Shown: piece after piece, positions 60,297 through 64,000 of the stretch | How the letters are laid out: every line of letters begins with the position of its first letter | Position numbering within the stretch: the first letter of the stretch is position 1 | Source of the DNA: Haliotis rufescens | Lineage: Eukaryota | Direction: 5' to 3' | DNA length: 64,000 nucleotides | NCBI RefSeq assembly: GCF_023055435.1 | Contig: NW_025963813.1 | Location: 17,546,001-17,610,000 of the forward strand | Notes under the pieces: model-generated | What the model was told of the DNA's origin: nothing | The model's database searches: none | Seen by the model: only the letters and a program-made list of their open reading frames with translations | Made by a program: the position numbers and the translations under genes

Positions 60297-62595
60297 CCTG
60301 AAAACATGAAAACATTGAGTCAAAAATCAACATTGTATGCGAATCAATTGATGAAGTTCAAAGTAAAATCACAAAGCAGGTCCTATTTGTATTTCAAAGA
60401 AAAAACCTTCGGTCTTACTTCAAAGAAGTAATTCCTCAAAGCAGGTCTAACTTGAAAGTAAATCCTCAAAGCAGGTATTACTTGCGTATTCAAAGTCGTT
60501 GACGGTTTTCAATTTGTTACAGTCCAAGTATTTGCTAAAAGGGGAATATCACATACAGAACAATGGCATGACGTCACCAGTGATTTATAAATTACTTATA
60601 ATATGGAAAGATCAATAAACTATTCTTTCTTAACAAGTTAAACTACAACCACAGACATAACATAAATGGGTACTTATCTTGCAAGTATCCATTGACTAGA
60701 TCATGCGAACGGTGCTACATAATACCTCGGTCAATGGATCAGTGAAAACGTTATTCTCTGCTTCCAAAAGAGCATAAAACCTCAGCAGCTAGGTTAAGCG
60801 ATTAAATTACCATCCCATCCTTCCGGGTACCCATTCGCGGTTGAATGAACAGAGGCATATATAACTTCCAAAACGAGACACCCACCACCCACTTATAAAA
60901 TGTGTGATTCAGTGTGGTGCTGGGTGGGCTTCTCAGTTGACCGAATTGTTTGTTTGTTTGTTGTTTAACGCCGCACTAAACTATACGACACCAGTGTGTG
61001 AATAATAAGAATAATAAAGTCAGGACCAACATACGCTGACACGCATCAATCGAGTCTGTTTTCTTCAGTGCATCTCTTGAGTTGTTTTTTACCAAATTTA
61101 TAGATCAGCGGATCCGAACACCAAGGAAAAACTATTAGAAACTGTGACCAAAACAGGCCGAGCAATGAAAGTTGAAAGGTTAGAGTTATATTTGAAACGG
61201 CGCCTTAAAGAAGTTCAGGAATGTTAAACAGCTTGAGATAAAACATAAATCTTTCTTCCATGCTGATTTTTTCTGGTTTGTTTTTTTTATCTACTATGGA
61301 AACAAGACGATGTTGCTGCTGCCATGCTAGTGCGTGACAGTTGCACAAACTAATCACTGGAACAATTTTCTACAGGCTTAGAAATATCTCCTTTGACTCC
61401 GACATATGATTAAAGTCCGGAGCTGATTCAAGTTGTGCTTCCGGGGACTAGCTTCCGGGAACATCGTAATAACCGCTGCTTCCGGGTTTCGGTCATTGAG
61501 TTTTACAAATTGTCGAATGAAAAAAATAATCCGGATTTTTCACTTTTGCCATTTGAGTGGAAAACTGAAGCTTTTATCGTGTGTTCATCAGGAGAAAATA
61601 ATACACTTTTTATCCTGCCCTGCGTGTTTTGATTTTGAAGGATACTTTCATGATTCGTCGCCAACAGAAATATGATTTTGTTCACAACTGAACGTAAATA
61701 AGTAATGCGATGCTTGATACTCTGTACGAGTTAAAATAGTGTACTTACTGAACCATGTCCCATTTCCTTCTATGAACTAAATAGCTTTTTACTTTTCTTT
61801 AACTAATCTGTAACGAGAGAATATACTCACTCCCCGCACTGACTAACCTGCATCACAATGGGCAAGGATAACTGGTGTGCAGAGTTACGTCCCTTAGCTG
61901 CCCTTTGCTCGACTGGTCGTCGGCTCAACTCAAGGTTCGCCTCGATTAATTACGATCTTTTGCCTTTAAAGTCCATACCCGACTTGTCTGACTACACCAA
62001 AGTGGAAAAGGTCCATGAATATTCTTTGAAAGGATGGAAGACTTTTTCGATCAGTGCATCCACACTGTCAATGTGTTTCTGTAACAGGTCTTCCAAAACA
62101 CATATATTTCTGGATTTCCAGTGAAGAACTGTTTTTATGTAATAACCGATGTCCGATTATTTTTTCCAAGATTTATTCCAATAATGGCGTGACACGTCAA
62201 TCACCTGCGCCAATTTTGATCCTCCCACATTTAGCTCAACCGACGTGATTATTGTGAATGCTGGAAGCGGCGTTATGCCCAACTCACTCATTCAGATCAG
62301 ACGTTGGACGTTTTGGTCAATTTTTGCGTTCGTTAACATCACGTCACACCCTTATACTTGAGATGAAAGATCCGCACGACAGAAAGTCATTTGCTTTCAA
62401 TGTAAGGTGCCGCCGCCTGACAGTCTCGCGCTGGCAGCCAACCACAAAATGTGTGACATTATACGCTGATGCTTCTGACCATCTCACACCGTATCACATG
62501 GACTAGTTCTACTGACCACACATCCGTTGCACATGTCATTGCGGTGTTTGTAGCCAATCGCACGTTTTGTTACATACCATATGGCTAGCAGCCGA

Positions 62596-62997
62596 CCCGT
62601 GGAGATCCGGGGTAGAATAGGCCTTCAGAAACCCATGCTTGCCGACTATGCTTGTCGTAAGAGGCGACAAACGAGATCGGGTGGTCAGGCTCCGGTGACT
62701 TGGTTGATGCATGACATCCATGGGCATGACATGACATCTCCCCCCCTCCCCCCATTTTTTATTTCGAAAAATATCTTTATTTCTGTATAAATTACCACCA
62801 AAGACAATAAATACATCTTAATTGTGCACCCCCCTTTTAAAAAAAGCTGTATCCGCCCATGACATCGTATCCCAAATGCGTATCTAGATGCTCATGTTGT
62901 CAATCCGAGGATTGTCTGGTCAGACTCGATTATTTAGAGACCGACGCCATATAACTGGAACATTGCTGAGTGCGGCGTTAAACAACATACAAACAAA
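62596..62997 (+). mobile_element. Family B copy carrying a ~145-bp nested insertion
   Basis: Family B halves flank an insert bounded by catgggc/gcccatg, with duplicated atgacatc. Confidence 0.82.
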
Positions 62998-64000
62998 ACT
63001 AGCAGCGAATTACACTTCTTGTCACATGATATCATATGGTAAGCAGCCAATCGCGCGTTTTGTTACAGGAGACAATAAGTAGCCATCACCATATGGGTGT
63101 GTCACATTGAGAGAGTTTTGTCACATGCAGTTAACTTGATAATCAATGATTCTTGTGACGTCACTACGGTTCTAAACGTGTATTACTTTCCAAACACAAT
63201 TTCAACCAAATAGCAACAAGCCCTTGTCAACATGAACGATTCCATGGTGAGTCATTGGTTCACACATGCATCAATTTTTTACCCACGACATCTTGACTTG
63301 CACGTGCAACCGCCTTTTTCATTTCGACACAGGTGTAGTTGGTTTGTTTGCGCGTTGGTTCATCAGTGTTGAACTATTTTTGGCAAAGAAAGACACCATG
63401 AAGCGTGTATTTGTGAAAATGAAACACGCTTTTTCGGTCTTTCTTCATCGCAATATTATTACTATGGCATACAACACCAGCTCACTCACTGAACAAATAA
63501 ACTAATGGAAACGAATGAGGGAACAATGAAGTACATAAGTAAATATACTGTCAGTAACTGTTTGACATTCTAGAAGTTGGCAAATAAGTAAGAAAAACGT
63601 AAACTTTATGGATGACAACTTCCGGTTTATTGCATATAGCAACGTTTCCATGTAGATTCAAATCACCGTTTTTCATAGTTACTGTCAGTACATTTGAAAT
63701 ATTGCGCATACAAATTCAACGTCAGAATAGAATGTTGAGATCGTTTGTGTGCATTGTTTCCAACGCGTATTTGATAGGTGGGAACCCATGAAACTGTGTC
63801 TGAGACTAAGTGTTCCCATTTTCATTGCTCATTTTATCTGTGACTTCTGTGACTAAATTTTTTTTTTACACAACCAATTTGTAAGGATTTAGCTCCACAC
63901 TTAGTTAATAAATATAGCAAATATTTGCCCGTTTTCACCATGTGTAAACTTTGATGGACACCTGTAGCGAACTTAAACTTGCTGACCTGCTGTCTGCTGT

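Noticed and set aside
1164-63505. Most 60-150 aa ORFs in the track as host genes
   Set aside because: They are short, overlap SINEs or antisense TE frames, show no recognisable domains, and I see no consistent exon chain.

Overview
AT-rich eukaryotic DNA, probably molluscan (inferred from the SINE, LINE and Penelope families), with no intact host protein-coding gene that I can recognise. The window is mostly transposon-derived. It holds a full-length but disabled I/Nimb-clade LINE (20048-26107, 10-bp TSD), a complete but disabled Tc1 DD34E element (1991-3529), a mariner remnant, Penelope-like and L2-like fragments, several MITEs and four short retroposon families (about 40 copies and fragments) whose 3' tails all resemble the LINE 3' end. 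These sit on layered duplications: a ~28.9-kb-offset segmental duplication, a 2.4-kb tandem duplication, and a 1.1-1.5-kb unknown module in four copies (two +, two -) forming an old mirror arrangement around ~38.5-39 kb. The best candidate for an undescribed system is a structured RNA element (stem, pseudoknot, hairpin). It is shared, with compensatory base changes, between the LINE 5' UTR and the head of the most abundant short element, which has no tRNA head. There is one assembly gap (30614-30756). Degenerate-element boundaries are approximate.
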